64,000 bases of DNA from Basidiobolus meristosporus CBS 931.73 (GCA_002104905.1 MCFE01000159.1:62001-126000), one strand, 5' to 3'. Shown: positions 24,563 to 35,284, counted from the stretch's first letter. Translations and numbers: made by a program. The notes: generated by a model from the sequence alone, not told the origin.

Positions 24563-25600
24563 ATGGCTAGCTACACCCAACTTCCCATCGACAGCTTCAA
24601 AAACTCCCCTCTCACCAACTATATCGATCTTGCCAATAGTAAGTTAGGATCCAAGGTTGTCGCTGTTTCCGATGAGTTCTTCGCCGCTGCATCTAATATG
24701 CTCAACCCAAACCCATCTGTCCGCGAGGCCAACAAATTCATAGAAACTGGTGCGTGGTTTGATGGCTGGGAAACTCGCCGCCATAACCCAGATCACGATT
24801 GGGCCATCATTCAACTTGCCTTCGCAGGTACTGTTGTCGGATTCGATATTGACACCGCTCACTTCACCGGAAACCACGCACCAGTGGCATCTGTTGATGT
24901 AGCATTCGTTAGCAGGGAGACACTTGCCAAAGGTGGTGAAATCAACTACGAATGGAAAGAGGTTCTACCTAAGGTTGAATTGCAACCAACCTCTAAGCAT
25001 TACTTCCTTCTGAACAACCCTGATAACACACCCTATAACTTCGTCCGTATCAACCAGTATCCCGATGGTGGAATTGCCCGCTTCCGCGTATACGGCAGCA
25101 TAGTTCCTATCTTCCCTGAAAACAAAGATGAATTGGTGGATCTGGCCTACGTTGGTAATGGCGCACGTGTAGTTGTTTCTTCAAATGACCATTTCTCCCC
25201 CGCCTCCAATGTCATCTTGCCTACTCGTGGTGAGAACATGGGCGATGGATGGGAAACCAAGCGCTCCAGAACTCCTGGCCACATTGATTACTTAATTGTC
25301 AAGCTTGGTGCACCCGGACGCCTTGAAAGAGCTATTTTTGACACCCTTCATTTCCGCGGCAATTTCCCCGCTCAAGCCTCATTGGAGGCTTGTAACTCTC
25401 AGGAGGAAAATCCTGATAATGACCCAGCTGTTAGTCAGGAAGGCTTTTGGACCACTATTTCTCCTAAGCAAAAGACTGCAGCTGATGTCGAACACGAATG
25501 GGATTTGACTCCTAAAGATAAGATCTTCACACATGTACGGGCCACTCTCTACCCCGATGGCGGCTTCAAGCGTCTCCGTATTTACGGCTACAGACTTTAA
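24563..25600 (+). CDS. DAL2: Allantoicase (two allantoicase repeats), intronless
   Basis: SDEFFAAASNML, WFDGWETRRHNPDHDWAIIQL, DIDTAHFTGNHAP, YPDGGIARFRVYG; second repeat MGDGWETKRSRTPGH...YPDGGFKRLRIYG. Likely start is MASYT at 24563. Confidence 0.96.
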   Translation: MASYTQLPIDSFKNSPLTNYIDLANSKLGSKVVAVSDEFFAAASNMLNPNPSVREANKFIETGAWFDGWETRRHNPDHDWAIIQLAFAGTVVGFDIDTAHFTGNHAPVASVDVAFVSRETLAKGGEINYEWKEVLPKVELQPTSKHYFLLNNPDNTPYNFVRINQYPDGGIARFRVYGSIVPIFPENKDELVDLAYVGNGARVVVSSNDHFSPASNVILPTRGENMGDGWETKRSRTPGHIDYLIVKLGAPGRLERAIFDTLHFRGNFPAQASLEACNSQEENPDNDPAVSQEGFWTTISPKQKTAADVEHEWDLTPKDKIFTHVRATLYPDGGFKRLRIYGYRL

Positions 25601-25916
25601 AGCATATTCTCCTAAAAACCCATGATGCATTTGCAATAACTTAATAAAGATCGTTATTAAATCATTCATATATATGTATATATATGGTTGCTTTAGACAG
25701 TTGATTTAATCAATTGGGATGTGGCAAGAAGCATAATTACCTACAGGAAACCAATTATTCCGTAAATCCAGGTTTCTGGAATTGCACTCCTTGTTGCTAG
25801 CCATTCAGGTTAATATCACATGGCACATTAAAATCGATTATATTAGATAGTTTGATATTGATCTCTATTTAGGTTTGTATTGGATGTAATGCGATGTCTA
25901 TCAAGTGGTCGACTAT

Positions 25917-28050
25917 TTATCGCCGAATTAAACTAGAGTAAAACTCAACAACTTTGGGATGGGCCATGATTCGGCGCTTGTCGAAATTTAATACTTGCAA
26001 TCCTTCCAATCCCGTGGCACGACTAAGTGCCACATATGCCTGGCCTGAGTGACGTTTTGTTAATATGTTTGGTTAGTTTAAGGAAATGATGAAGTAACTA
26101 AGCTACCTTTTTCGAAGACTTTGGCAAGATCTACTACAACACGTGGCAATGTTTGTCCTTGTGATTTATGAATCGAGATGGCCCACGCAAGGATCAACGG
26201 AACCTATGATCAGAGTACCAATTTAACTGGAAGTGCCAGGTGATGATAGAAATGTCAGTCTACTAACCTGTGTTCTAGTGGCGACCTCGCCTAATCCAGG
26301 GAGCTCCATTTTCCAACTTTCAGGCGATACTGTGATTGTTAAATACTCCCTGGGGTTTCCGCCAATGTTGGAGAATGTAACAACAGGATAGCCTGTTTCT
26401 TTTTCAAACCCGGTGACTTTTCCCAAACTACCATTGACGAGATTGGCGTCTAGATTTTTTATAAGCATCACCTGTGCATTCAGCTTCAGTTCCAATTCTT
26501 GTGGTGCAATGCAGTTGTTGCTTAATTTTTTCTTGTGGTGTTCTTCTCCAGTGTCGGATGCAATATATCGTCGCTTTTCGCCTGGGAGAATATGTAACTT
26601 TCGAGTGTTAGCTGCTTCGACTTCACCTCTCAACGCGAACCTAAATGTGAAGAATACATTTGAATATAAATTTCAAACATGGCGAAGCAGGTGGAGGAGT
26701 TCATCTTACAGTTGGGTTGGCTCAATACCATCGTTAGGATATTGTGGAGCTCGCTTGAGGGAGTGAAATATTGCTTCCGATTCGGGTGTCAACACGCCGA
26801 CACGTAAATCATTGAGCATCTTAATGAAATCTACACGAATGAGTAGTTGAGACAACGAGGCACGCTACATCAAGGATTGGCAGGCACTTACTTTTATCGC
26901 GCTGACGGAAAACTTGTGTCAAGTGAATAGTATTTTGAATTACATTTTTCCATTGGGCAGCTTCGAAGCAGAACTTGCTATCTTTACTAACAGGCGGTAG
27001 CTGGAAAAAGTCCCCAGTTGCTACAATCTAAAAGTATGCAAATGTCAGCAACATGGGATGTATGCTGCTGCGAATCATCCAAAACTAGCCTGAATTCCTC
27101 CAAATGGTTGATTACTCTTACGTATTCTGCGCGCAATATATTCGAGCTTGTCGAAAAAATCTCCGTCCAGCATGGATACTAAGATGTATTGTTAAGTACT
27201 CACCAAAGAAAGCAATATTTATATAAACGAGTGTTACTTTCGTCGATGATGAGTATCTTGGTGTTGGTCCATCGCATGGTTGAGAATCTATTTTTTAGCA
27301 CAACGTTCAACAAACTCTCTGCAGGTCCTTGGCCTATCCCAACCCCCGAGAAACTATGGATCGTGGATCCGCCGATATTGCAAGCGGCAACGCCAGTAGA
27401 CGCAGTGACCGCCACCTCGTCTCTCTTATACTTGTTTTTCATTTGGTAAATGAGTTCTTGTAACAGCAGAGATTTACCAGTTCCTAGTTTTAAGCCTGAA
27501 TTAGATACTACGGAATCTTCAACCTTGGGTTTGAAATTATGCTCTGACCTGCAGAACCAGTAAAGAATATGCTTTGGTGATGATCCAAGGCAAGATATAG
27601 AACTTTTTTTTGCTCTTCCGAGAATGCTACGTTGGGTCGGCTTTGAATAGCTGAAGTTTGGTTTGATGCCTTTCCAGCCGCTGAAGCCCAGGCTGAACCA
27701 GGGCGAGCCATAGGATTAAATCGAGCTCCGGGTACAGCCTTGCTACGAATCGCACCATTCCCGAAGAAATTATTCGGAGAGTTCTTTTGTACAGGTTTAG
27801 TCGGTCTAGATAATACAGAAGAGGTTTTTGGCATTACGGCGAGTATAGGATTCCCCTCGTGAGAACTACGTGACCCGTTCCAGCCAGAGCCGAATCCCTG
27901 AAATTTACTTTTTGCTGGGTAAGCGCTCGCCGGATTTTGATAGTTTTGATTGGTGCTAGGGTTGGTGGTGTAAGGCCTTGAGGAGCTCATAGAGCGAGAG
28001 CTGGTTTTCACCTTGGGACCGCCACTCTCTTTCTTCTTCTGGACGAACAT
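25917..28050 (-). CDS. PIF1: Pif1-family 5'-3' DNA helicase, multi-exon
   Basis: FFTGSAG|TGKS (Walker A split by an intron), [28 protein letters not shown]|[42 protein letters not shown]; stop at 25917-25919. Confidence 0.95.
27028..27089 (-). other. GC-AG intron in PIF1
   Basis: Exon ends GGAATTCAG, intron starts GCTAGT and ends TTTTAG; removal gives the conserved [18 protein letters not shown]. Confidence 0.85.
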
Positions 28051-28567
28051 TTCAGTACAAGTTTAAGGTATGTACGATGCGAGAAGTGTTGACAAATTGC
28101 AATTCTTATTTGCCCTGAATACAGTCAATCCTCTGGAAAAATAAACAATGGTGCGATGGAATCATCCCAATTACCAAGGATTAAGATGCACAGCCAATGA
28201 GCAACCTGATATCGACCAATATGAAGATAACAATCATGAGATACGTTTTAGCTTAGAGGATAAACTAGTGATGGATTAGAGTTACTTTGGCCAGGCTTCA
28301 TTATCTCGACACTACATTAAATGTCTGTTAAGTACGATGCGAAGAATATATATATTCTCACACGTTACGCGAATATAGCTGTTTGCAGGAAGTACTGCGG
28401 CACCTCGGGAAGACATCAGGAAGCTGTTGGCTACTACCTGACCGAGGCTATTGGCTGAATTTATTTGTGATTTCGGGGAGATAAGTTGGTTTATTTTGTA
28501 GACTTCAACATTGAGTGTATATACAGTTGATCATCTAGGTTGTCCTCGGCTAAAACCTTGGGGGCAT

Positions 28568-30427
28568 TCATTGTTTGGGCAAATAGAACCCGCCAGGAAA
28601 TATCTCTTGTTCTTTTTCGGGTTGTTGCTGCTGTTGGTAATTTTCAGGCGTAGGGATCGACGATAGCCCAACAAATCCCCCAGGCGGGTAATTTGCTCGA
28701 TAAGATTGCGGCCCTGATGGTGGATTCGAGATTTCTCGTGAACCCGACTGGAATCCTTGAGAGCCATTATACCCACCGCCAGCCTCATAGTTCGAGCCGT
28801 TGTGAGTTGCTTGGTAACTAGAATTTCCTTGCTCTGATGGTCGATAATTGCCTTGACCTTGTGGTTTGCCATAATTACCCTGACTTTGAGGTTGATTGTA
28901 GCTCCCTTGACCTTGCGATTGGTCATAACTACTCTGGCCTTGTGGTTGGTTATAACTCCCTTGGCCTTGCATTTGGCCGTAGTTGCTTTGGCCCTGGGGC
29001 TGATTGTAGCCTCCTTGACTTGACGTCTGGGCGTAGTTATCTTGACCTTGCGGTTGGTTATAACTCCCTTGGCTTTGCGGTTGGCTGTAGTTGCTTTGGC
29101 CTTGAGGTTGATTATAGCCCCCTTGACCTTGCGACTGACCATAGTTACCTTGACCTTGTGGCTGATTATAGTTCCCTTGGCCGTAGTTACCCTGCCCTTG
29201 TGGTTGGTTATTGTTTCCTAGAGTTTGATTGCTGTGACTATCATGACTTTGCTGTTGGCTGTAATTTCCTTGATTTGGTGGTTGATTGAAGCTATTCTGA
29301 CCAGACGATTGATTATAGCTGCTCTGCGGTTGATTGTAGGTGCTTTGGCTAAGCGGTTGATTGTAGTTTGATTGATTATAGTTGCCTTGGTTTGAAGATG
29401 ATCCATAGTTGCCCTGACTAGAAACACTGCTGTAGTTGTCTCCTTGAATTTGCGATTGGCCGTAGCTTTGGCTACCCATACTTGGGGAGTAACCGGAGTT
29501 GCTATTAGATTGGCCTTGTGAGGAATTTGCATAGTCTCCAGATGATCCTCCAGCAGATTGATTATTGCTGATGGTACTGGCACTACCGACAGCCCCAGCA
29601 CCCAACACGCCGCCAAGTAGAGTGCCAAGATTGCCAAGTTTTCCTAGTTCGATCTTAGAAGCAAACTTCTGGACAAAGCCTAGAACCAGGTTTTGGTCAG
29701 GCACTTTGTTTTCTAGCTCTCGCTGAATGTTTTGTAGGATTGATTTCTCAAATGTAGGCATGATGTTTCCTACTACCTGCTGCACTACTTCGCGCACACG
29801 ATCGAGAATTCTTCGAAATTTGTCGTCAAAAATTCCCCTGGTCGCTTCTCCACTCCCACCAGGCGTTAGAAGTTGTTGTACGGCCTCTGGCATGTGTGAA
29901 ACCAACTTGTTGTAGATTTCGAGCCCACTTTCATGAACTTTTGGTTCTATTTTCTCCATAGCTCTACTGATAGCTGCTTGTCGTCCCTGCGTAATGAAAT
30001 CAAGATTAACCCCACGACTCCCCTCTTCGCCTTTCTTTTTCTGATGGGCCAGGAGGCTGCTAACTTTACTCGTTACACATTCCTTGCTTTCTCTCACGAT
30101 GGCTTGAGTAAGGAAGTCGACGGTACCGGTACTAGCCCTGTCTACCTGTTCTCTGGAGATCGTACGAAGCTTCTCTTGAATGTTTTCTAGGACATTTCCA
30201 AATTTATTTTGGACCTTGTTCATAATGGCATCTACCAAGTTCCGGTCAAGAGATCGCTCGCCTGTCCCTCCATTGCTGAAAATTTCTTGTATAGCAGGAG
30301 GTAATCTCTGTACCAAGACGGCTTTTGTCTCATCGACATTTCGCTCGACATGCTCACGAATAGCTGGCTCGAGTTTATCAACAAATCCACCAAGTAAATT
30401 GGTGGCAGCATCCATAGGATTAGGCAT
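28568..30427 (-). CDS. 619-aa intronless protein: helical N-terminal region plus Q/N/G/S/Y-rich prion-like C-terminal region
   Basis: Long open frame; probable start MPNPMDAA at 30427; C-terminal half is low complexity with tandem nonapeptides. No family recognised. Confidence 0.85.
   Translation of the reverse strand: MPNPMDAATNLLGGFVDKLEPAIREHVERNVDETKAVLVQRLPPAIQEIFSNGGTGERSLDRNLVDAIMNKVQNKFGNVLENIQEKLRTISREQVDRASTGTVDFLTQAIVRESKECVTSKVSSLLAHQKKKGEEGSRGVNLDFITQGRQAAISRAMEKIEPKVHESGLEIYNKLVSHMPEAVQQLLTPGGSGEATRGIFDDKFRRILDRVREVVQQVVGNIMPTFEKSILQNIQRELENKVPDQNLVLGFVQKFASKIELGKLGNLGTLLGGVLGAGAVGSASTISNNQSAGGSSGDYANSSQGQSNSNSGYSPSMGSQSYGQSQIQGDNYSSVSSQGNYGSSSNQGNYNQSNYNQPLSQSTYNQPQSSYNQSSGQNSFNQPPNQGNYSQQQSHDSHSNQTLGNNNQPQGQGNYGQGNYNQPQGQGNYGQSQGQGGYNQPQGQSNYSQPQSQGSYNQPQGQDNYAQTSSQGGYNQPQGQSNYGQMQGQGSYNQPQGQSSYDQSQGQGSYNQPQSQGNYGKPQGQGNYRPSEQGNSSYQATHNGSNYEAGGGYNGSQGFQSGSREISNPPSGPQSYRANYPPGGFVGLSSIPTPENYQQQQQPEKEQEIFPGGFYLPKQ
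28836..29205 (-). repeat. Coding tandem repeat, 27-nt unit (9 aa) with 54-nt higher-order period
   Basis: QGQGNYGQS QGQGGYNQP QGQSNYSQP QSQGSYNQP QGQDNYAQT SSQGGYNQP QGQSNYGQM QGQGSYNQP QGQSSYDQS QGQGSYNQP QSQGNYGKP QGQGNYRPS. Confidence 0.92.
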
Positions 30428-30827
30428 TTTCTTTTTACTTTGAATACAAAAACCTGGAAAATCAAGCAAAACCCAACAATCGGAAGTGAAGGTTAAGTAG
30501 CTAGTGACATCAAACAATGATACGAAACGCCACACTAGCAACCACTCAGAAGCCTATCTACTAGGCCTTGGTTATTTGGAGTTCGATTTGGAAATCATGC
30601 ATGGCATCATCATGGATACGTCACCGGAATGATGCAATTGTGACACAACCATCTGGAAGTTGATGCTACGCCGTCAATCAGATGGGTTGTTTAGCCTTTG
30701 GCAAGAGCCTAATCGGAATGGAGCAAGCCGATGCAGTCGCCAAGGATGAAGAATTCGTTAGCCAAGCCAGCATACACGCATGGTAATGATTTATTTTGAA
30801 GCCTTTAGTGAAGTAATTTTTGCATTC

Positions 30828-32078
30828 CTACTCTTCCTCATCATCTATTATCAAATCATCCTCAGCAGGATCTAAACCTACTCTTGGCCCGCCGGCTAAT
30901 ACACTGGTGTCGATTCCTCTGTCCTCGTGGTAGTTCATATATCTCATCCGTGGATCTACGTATCTCGGGCCGGAGCCGTAGTATCTCTGGTCATTGAACT
31001 CTCTTGGACCATAGTAGCCCCAGTTTGGCTGGCCTGGATATCCGGGCCAGACCCTGGAATTCCATGGAGCAGGGGGGGTAGTGACGGGTCTTCGATTTCT
31101 TCCCATGGGGCCAATCACCGGCTGGCTACTTCCGTAGTCTGCCTCATTAACGATTCTGAAACGCTCAGCATCAGTGGTGAAATCCATCCAGGGTTGCTTG
31201 TCGGGGTGCTTGGGTGTTTCGACCCGAATAATCGGTCGAATAACCTCTACTTCCGAAGGAGTGCCAAGGGTTCTTACCCGATCAACTTTCGTTTGGAACA
31301 GGACTGGTATTCCACTACGCTGCGGAATAGGGATTACAATGGGTGCATTGTTGAAATTGGGTGGATGAACTGGTTGCACCTCTCTGATAGGAGTGAGAAC
31401 GTTTGGTTTGACCGGATCAACTGGTTTTGGGCTCACCTCGGGCTGCCATCTAGGATATCCGCCAGGAAATCCCCTACCTGGTCCTATGTATGCCGAGTCA
31501 TCCAGGTAAGGCAAGCCAAACGGACCATCTGAGAATGGCCAGACGACCCCGCTATTTCGTAGCTCCTCCACTCGGTCGAAGAATCTGCTTCTTGATGGAT
31601 GCTGCTCGAAGTATTGCGGCCCAAACTCCTCCAATGGGCCACCAGCACCCCTCCAAACCCTCCAATTCCTGATGATCCCTCTTCTTGCGGGATCTACGGC
31701 GAAGAAACTGCGGCCGTACCGGTTCATGGCTAGAGTCCGAGGAATGAAAGCACTCCCACCTACGCTATTATACCTTGAGATATAGGGGCGGTTGGGGAAA
31801 TACCCTTGTCTGTAGAGGCTGCCTGGTTCTGCGTAGTAGGGTCTACCTCCGGAATTGTAAGGAATCCCTCCATACCTATTCCAATAGCCACTATTCAGGT
31901 AACGGGCGGTGCCATCATCAACATATCCAGATAGTTGTTGGAACCCTGATCTTTTAGGGTCTCCCCCTCTGGATGCAGATAGCAGAGCATACCCTGAAGC
32001 TCTATTGTCCCCAGGCTTTACCAAGGTACATGAGACTAGAGTGAAGCTAGCCGCGACCAAAATAAAGGTACACTTCAT
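30828..32078 (-). CDS. Secreted Gly/Tyr/Arg/Pro-rich low-complexity protein, intronless, unknown family
   Basis: 416-aa ORF with signal peptide MKCTFILVAASFTLVSC; no Cys after the signal; Tyr/Gly/Arg-rich ends, Pro/Val-rich middle, acidic tail. Confidence 0.8.
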   Translation of the reverse strand: MKCTFILVAASFTLVSCTLVKPGDNRASGYALLSASRGGDPKRSGFQQLSGYVDDGTARYLNSGYWNRYGGIPYNSGGRPYYAEPGSLYRQGYFPNRPYISRYNSVGGSAFIPRTLAMNRYGRSFFAVDPARRGIIRNWRVWRGAGGPLEEFGPQYFEQHPSRSRFFDRVEELRNSGVVWPFSDGPFGLPYLDDSAYIGPGRGFPGGYPRWQPEVSPKPVDPVKPNVLTPIREVQPVHPPNFNNAPIVIPIPQRSGIPVLFQTKVDRVRTLGTPSEVEVIRPIIRVETPKHPDKQPWMDFTTDAERFRIVNEADYGSSQPVIGPMGRNRRPVTTPPAPWNSRVWPGYPGQPNWGYYGPREFNDQRYYGSGPRYVDPRMRYMNYHEDRGIDTSVLAGGPRVGLDPAEDDLIIDDEEE

Positions 32079-32679
32079 CTTCGTCAGGAAGGTGGTTACT
32101 TGGATGAATGGAAACTACTCAGAGTGTCTAAAAAGATGTACCTTCAACCAGACTGAAAATAGAAGTGACTATAAGGTCGAAGGGTTCCTGGCAAAGAGAA
32201 ATGGGTTGAGTACTTCACCTTGCTGACAGCAAAGGAGCCACTGTTTACTTTTATACAGTAGTGTGGCAGAGCGATTTTTGCGCAACTTCTGGGACACGAC
32301 ACTCGAAACTTAATGTATACATGGATCATCTGAAACGTTTGCCATGCTCTGTACATCTGACACTTGGTCTCAATGTGGGGTGATTGTTGTAGGGATGATC
32401 CCACTATTTCGCTGGGAATTTTTCTCGAGTCGACATGGTGTTTGATGTTATCCTGGTTGATCAATAGGAATAGCCACATTTGGCATGATAGTGTGGCGAA
32501 GTGTTGATGTGGTCTTGAGAGATCAAACATATACTAGACAGATGGCCATACTCGCTAGCCTACATGCTGTAAACCACTCGCTTTATTTTGCTGCAGGCAG
32601 TACATGGCCTTTCATTTACGTTACCTGAATGTCACCTAGCCCTTGAATCAGCCCAAACACTCGATGGGCATCCTCCACA

Positions 32680-33525
32680 CTACAGAATCTCATCGCCCAC
32701 ACTAAATTCGATATTTCGGAAATACAGGTATGTGTCCACGGGTGTTGCGAATCTCGGATCAGAGCCACCGAAAAACGAACTGAACATCAAGGAGGTGATA
32801 CCAAGCCTAGGAGATTTTCTGTATTGTAGCGAGCTCATGGAGAAAACTTTGGTTCGGTTGAGATAAACCTCCGCCAGCCCATTACTTTTGTTCGGATCGT
32901 TCACCTGAATGAATATGCGGATGGTATTCCAACCCTTGAGAAAGCCAAAGTTTCTTCCTAACGAGACGCCATAATCCTTGTTGCATGTCACTAGTTTCTC
33001 TCCACAGAATCCCTGTCTCTGGGCAGGCATGTAATTGTATAGCTCACCAATCCCATTTTTGCGCCACATCAGTCTCGTGGAGAAGCATCTGACGCCATCA
33101 GATTGAGCTCCACCGGAGCAGCCCGATGCAGCCTTTCCTGCAAACAATCCAGGGAGTTTACCACCTTCCACCCAGTTGAAGTTATGTGGGACACCAAGAT
33201 CGTAGGACAGAACTGCCTTGCGGAAACGCCTTTCGCCAAACGGCTTAAGGTAGAAATGCACTCCGCCGCTATCTCTCGATCCAGAGGGAGAGTAACTCCC
33301 CTTTGGATAGAACACGGAGTAGACCGACTCATTGGTTCGGGAGATAGGATCCTTGGTGATTCGTAAGCGGGGTTGTTGTTTTTTTCCTTTAGCAAACCTC
33401 ATATCAGCTGGTGTAACGGACATTTTCCAGGAAGCACTCATCCTGTATAGGCCTGCTGTTTGCCCATAAAGGCATAGCGGCATGTAGAATGGAAGCGACA
33501 CAAAGGCGAGCAGGAATGATTTCAT
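32680..33525 (-). CDS. Polysaccharide lyase family 14-like (alginate/glucuronan lyase) protein, probably secreted
   Basis: FNWVEGGKLPGL, SGCSGG...CFSTRLMWRKNGIGELYNY, CNKDYGVSLGR, WNTIRIFIQVNDP, FSSFFGGSD are typical PL14 motifs; hydrophobic N-terminus MKSFLLAFVSLPF (alternative start 33570). Confidence 0.85.
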   Translation of the reverse strand: MKSFLLAFVSLPFYMPLCLYGQTAGLYRMSASWKMSVTPADMRFAKGKKQQPRLRITKDPISRTNESVYSVFYPKGSYSPSGSRDSGGVHFYLKPFGERRFRKAVLSYDLGVPHNFNWVEGGKLPGLFAGKAASGCSGGAQSDGVRCFSTRLMWRKNGIGELYNYMPAQRQGFCGEKLVTCNKDYGVSLGRNFGFLKGWNTIRIFIQVNDPNKSNGLAEVYLNRTKVFSMSSLQYRKSPRLGITSLMFSSFFGGSDPRFATPVDTYLYFRNIEFSVGDEIL

Positions 33526-34288
33526 AATGCCAGAGGATGAGTAGTTGATTCGAGGGGCTACTTCCTCCATGCTCGATTATATAGGTAGATCTCTCGCCAT
33601 TCAAAGCATTTGCTGTACTCAGAATTCTCCTCTTGCGATAGCACGTTGTAGCGGAAGGGCAGAAGCTTGATCGAACGTGAAGACGAATTCGCGCGCGATT
33701 AATTAAACAGTGGAAAGCTATTCGTTGGCAATTGAGTCGCTTGCCAATAATCAGGGAGAGAACAGGGGGCAAAAATTCAATTCTCTGGTGCTGATCCCAA
33801 TTGACTAACCAAGATACGTTAATTCACTTGGCATCTTTCCAATTATCACTTCATGAGTTCAGTGGTAAGGATGTCGCCAAATTCATAGCAAGTATATTAG
33901 TGGCACAAACACCTCCAATTTTAGCAACGCCTTGCCATTGACATGAATCTTACCTGACATGCGCATCCAAGGTAATTGGTTGGCCTAGAGATCGAGATCT
34001 TGTTTGTTCACGTCCTTGGTAGCGAGTTGTTAACATCCATATTAGTTTCAAATTGGGTGTCTGGATGATAACTGCACTCAATGGCTAGTGGATCCCCATA
34101 AAACATGTAAATGTATGCAATGATATTTTATTAGCTACCGGGTTCATCCATCTGCCAGGCGTGGATGTGGAAGTTATTTGTACATTTAAAGTTGATACAA
34201 TTTGGTAACGGGTGTAGATAGGGACCTTGAAGTGCAGTGAAAATGTCGCTAGCTTGGCAACTGACGTGTCTTGGGGATGTGCGAGACA

Positions 34289-35284
34289 TTAGACCAAGTC
34301 CTGGGCCTCTTCACCCTTTTTTGAGCTACCTCCTGGTATCCCCTTTGACGATGAGTTCCAACTCCAGAAGGGAATGTCATGAACGCGATTCCTTGAGTTC
34401 TCTTGTCTGCTGCTGCCCTGGGAACTGTGGCTAGCTGAGTCCTCGATGAGCCTGTAATGGTAGATAGTCATTTGCTCGACGCACAGCTTTGATTCAATGG
34501 CCCCTAAAACTACAATTAGATCTCACAAAGTAAACAGGACAAGACTGGGAATTACTTTACATTTCGTCTGAAGCAACACTTCCGGATTTAAGCCTAATGT
34601 CGTGTTCTGTACCACCATGGTCATCAAGGTTATGGTGAATAGGTTTGACAGCATCGTATAACCGGCACCCTCATCTCGAATAAGGCTTCCAAACTTGTAA
34701 GATTTGCGGCTTAGTAGACGCACCAATACACCTATCCACCAAACAAATAATACGGCATTCATGTATATTTCTGTTTCCAGCAAGAATGGCATGGAGATTC
34801 CACCTGGGAGTGCTACGCATTCTCTGAATGTTCCAACCTTGGCATCCAGACCGAAGACGTACATGAGTGCGCTGATGAGCTTGGTAATATGAAAGCTGAC
34901 CATGATGAACAGAAATACGTAACGCAATGGGGTTACTCTGTAGCATCTTATCACAAAAATTCCCATCACCAAGGCTGTGGAGATGTAGTAGAAGACGCCG
35001 TTGTAGTATCCCTTGAAATGACAATCCGTTACGAAAAAGTAGTCGGATACACGACACAGATGGCATGAAACTCCGCTGCACGTCTCCACCACATTCATAA
35101 TGAACAGATAGTTGCTGGGATGCTTGGTGTACATCCGAAAAGCTCGATATGCGTTGCTAATGTGCACAATCAGCGTAGCAGAAAAGATCAGCATTGCCAT
35201 GTTCATCGTGTTGTACCATGTGGTATCAAATGTAACCATATCCCCAGCATTTAGCTGATGTGTGCCGGCATCGGTTGTATTCAT
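34289..35284 (-). CDS. Seven-transmembrane (GPCR-like) membrane protein, two exons
   Basis: About seven hydrophobic segments, Cys in predicted extracellular loops 1 and 2, N-terminal NTT sequon; a GT-AG intron near 34503-34560 links ...LLQTK-W-AIESKLCVEQMTIYH to a Ser-rich tail. Confidence 0.7.

Noticed and set aside
25669-25688. CATATATAT-GT-ATATATATG palindrome downstream of DAL2
   Set aside because: A simple (AT)n tract typical of fungal 3' ends; self-complementarity is trivial.
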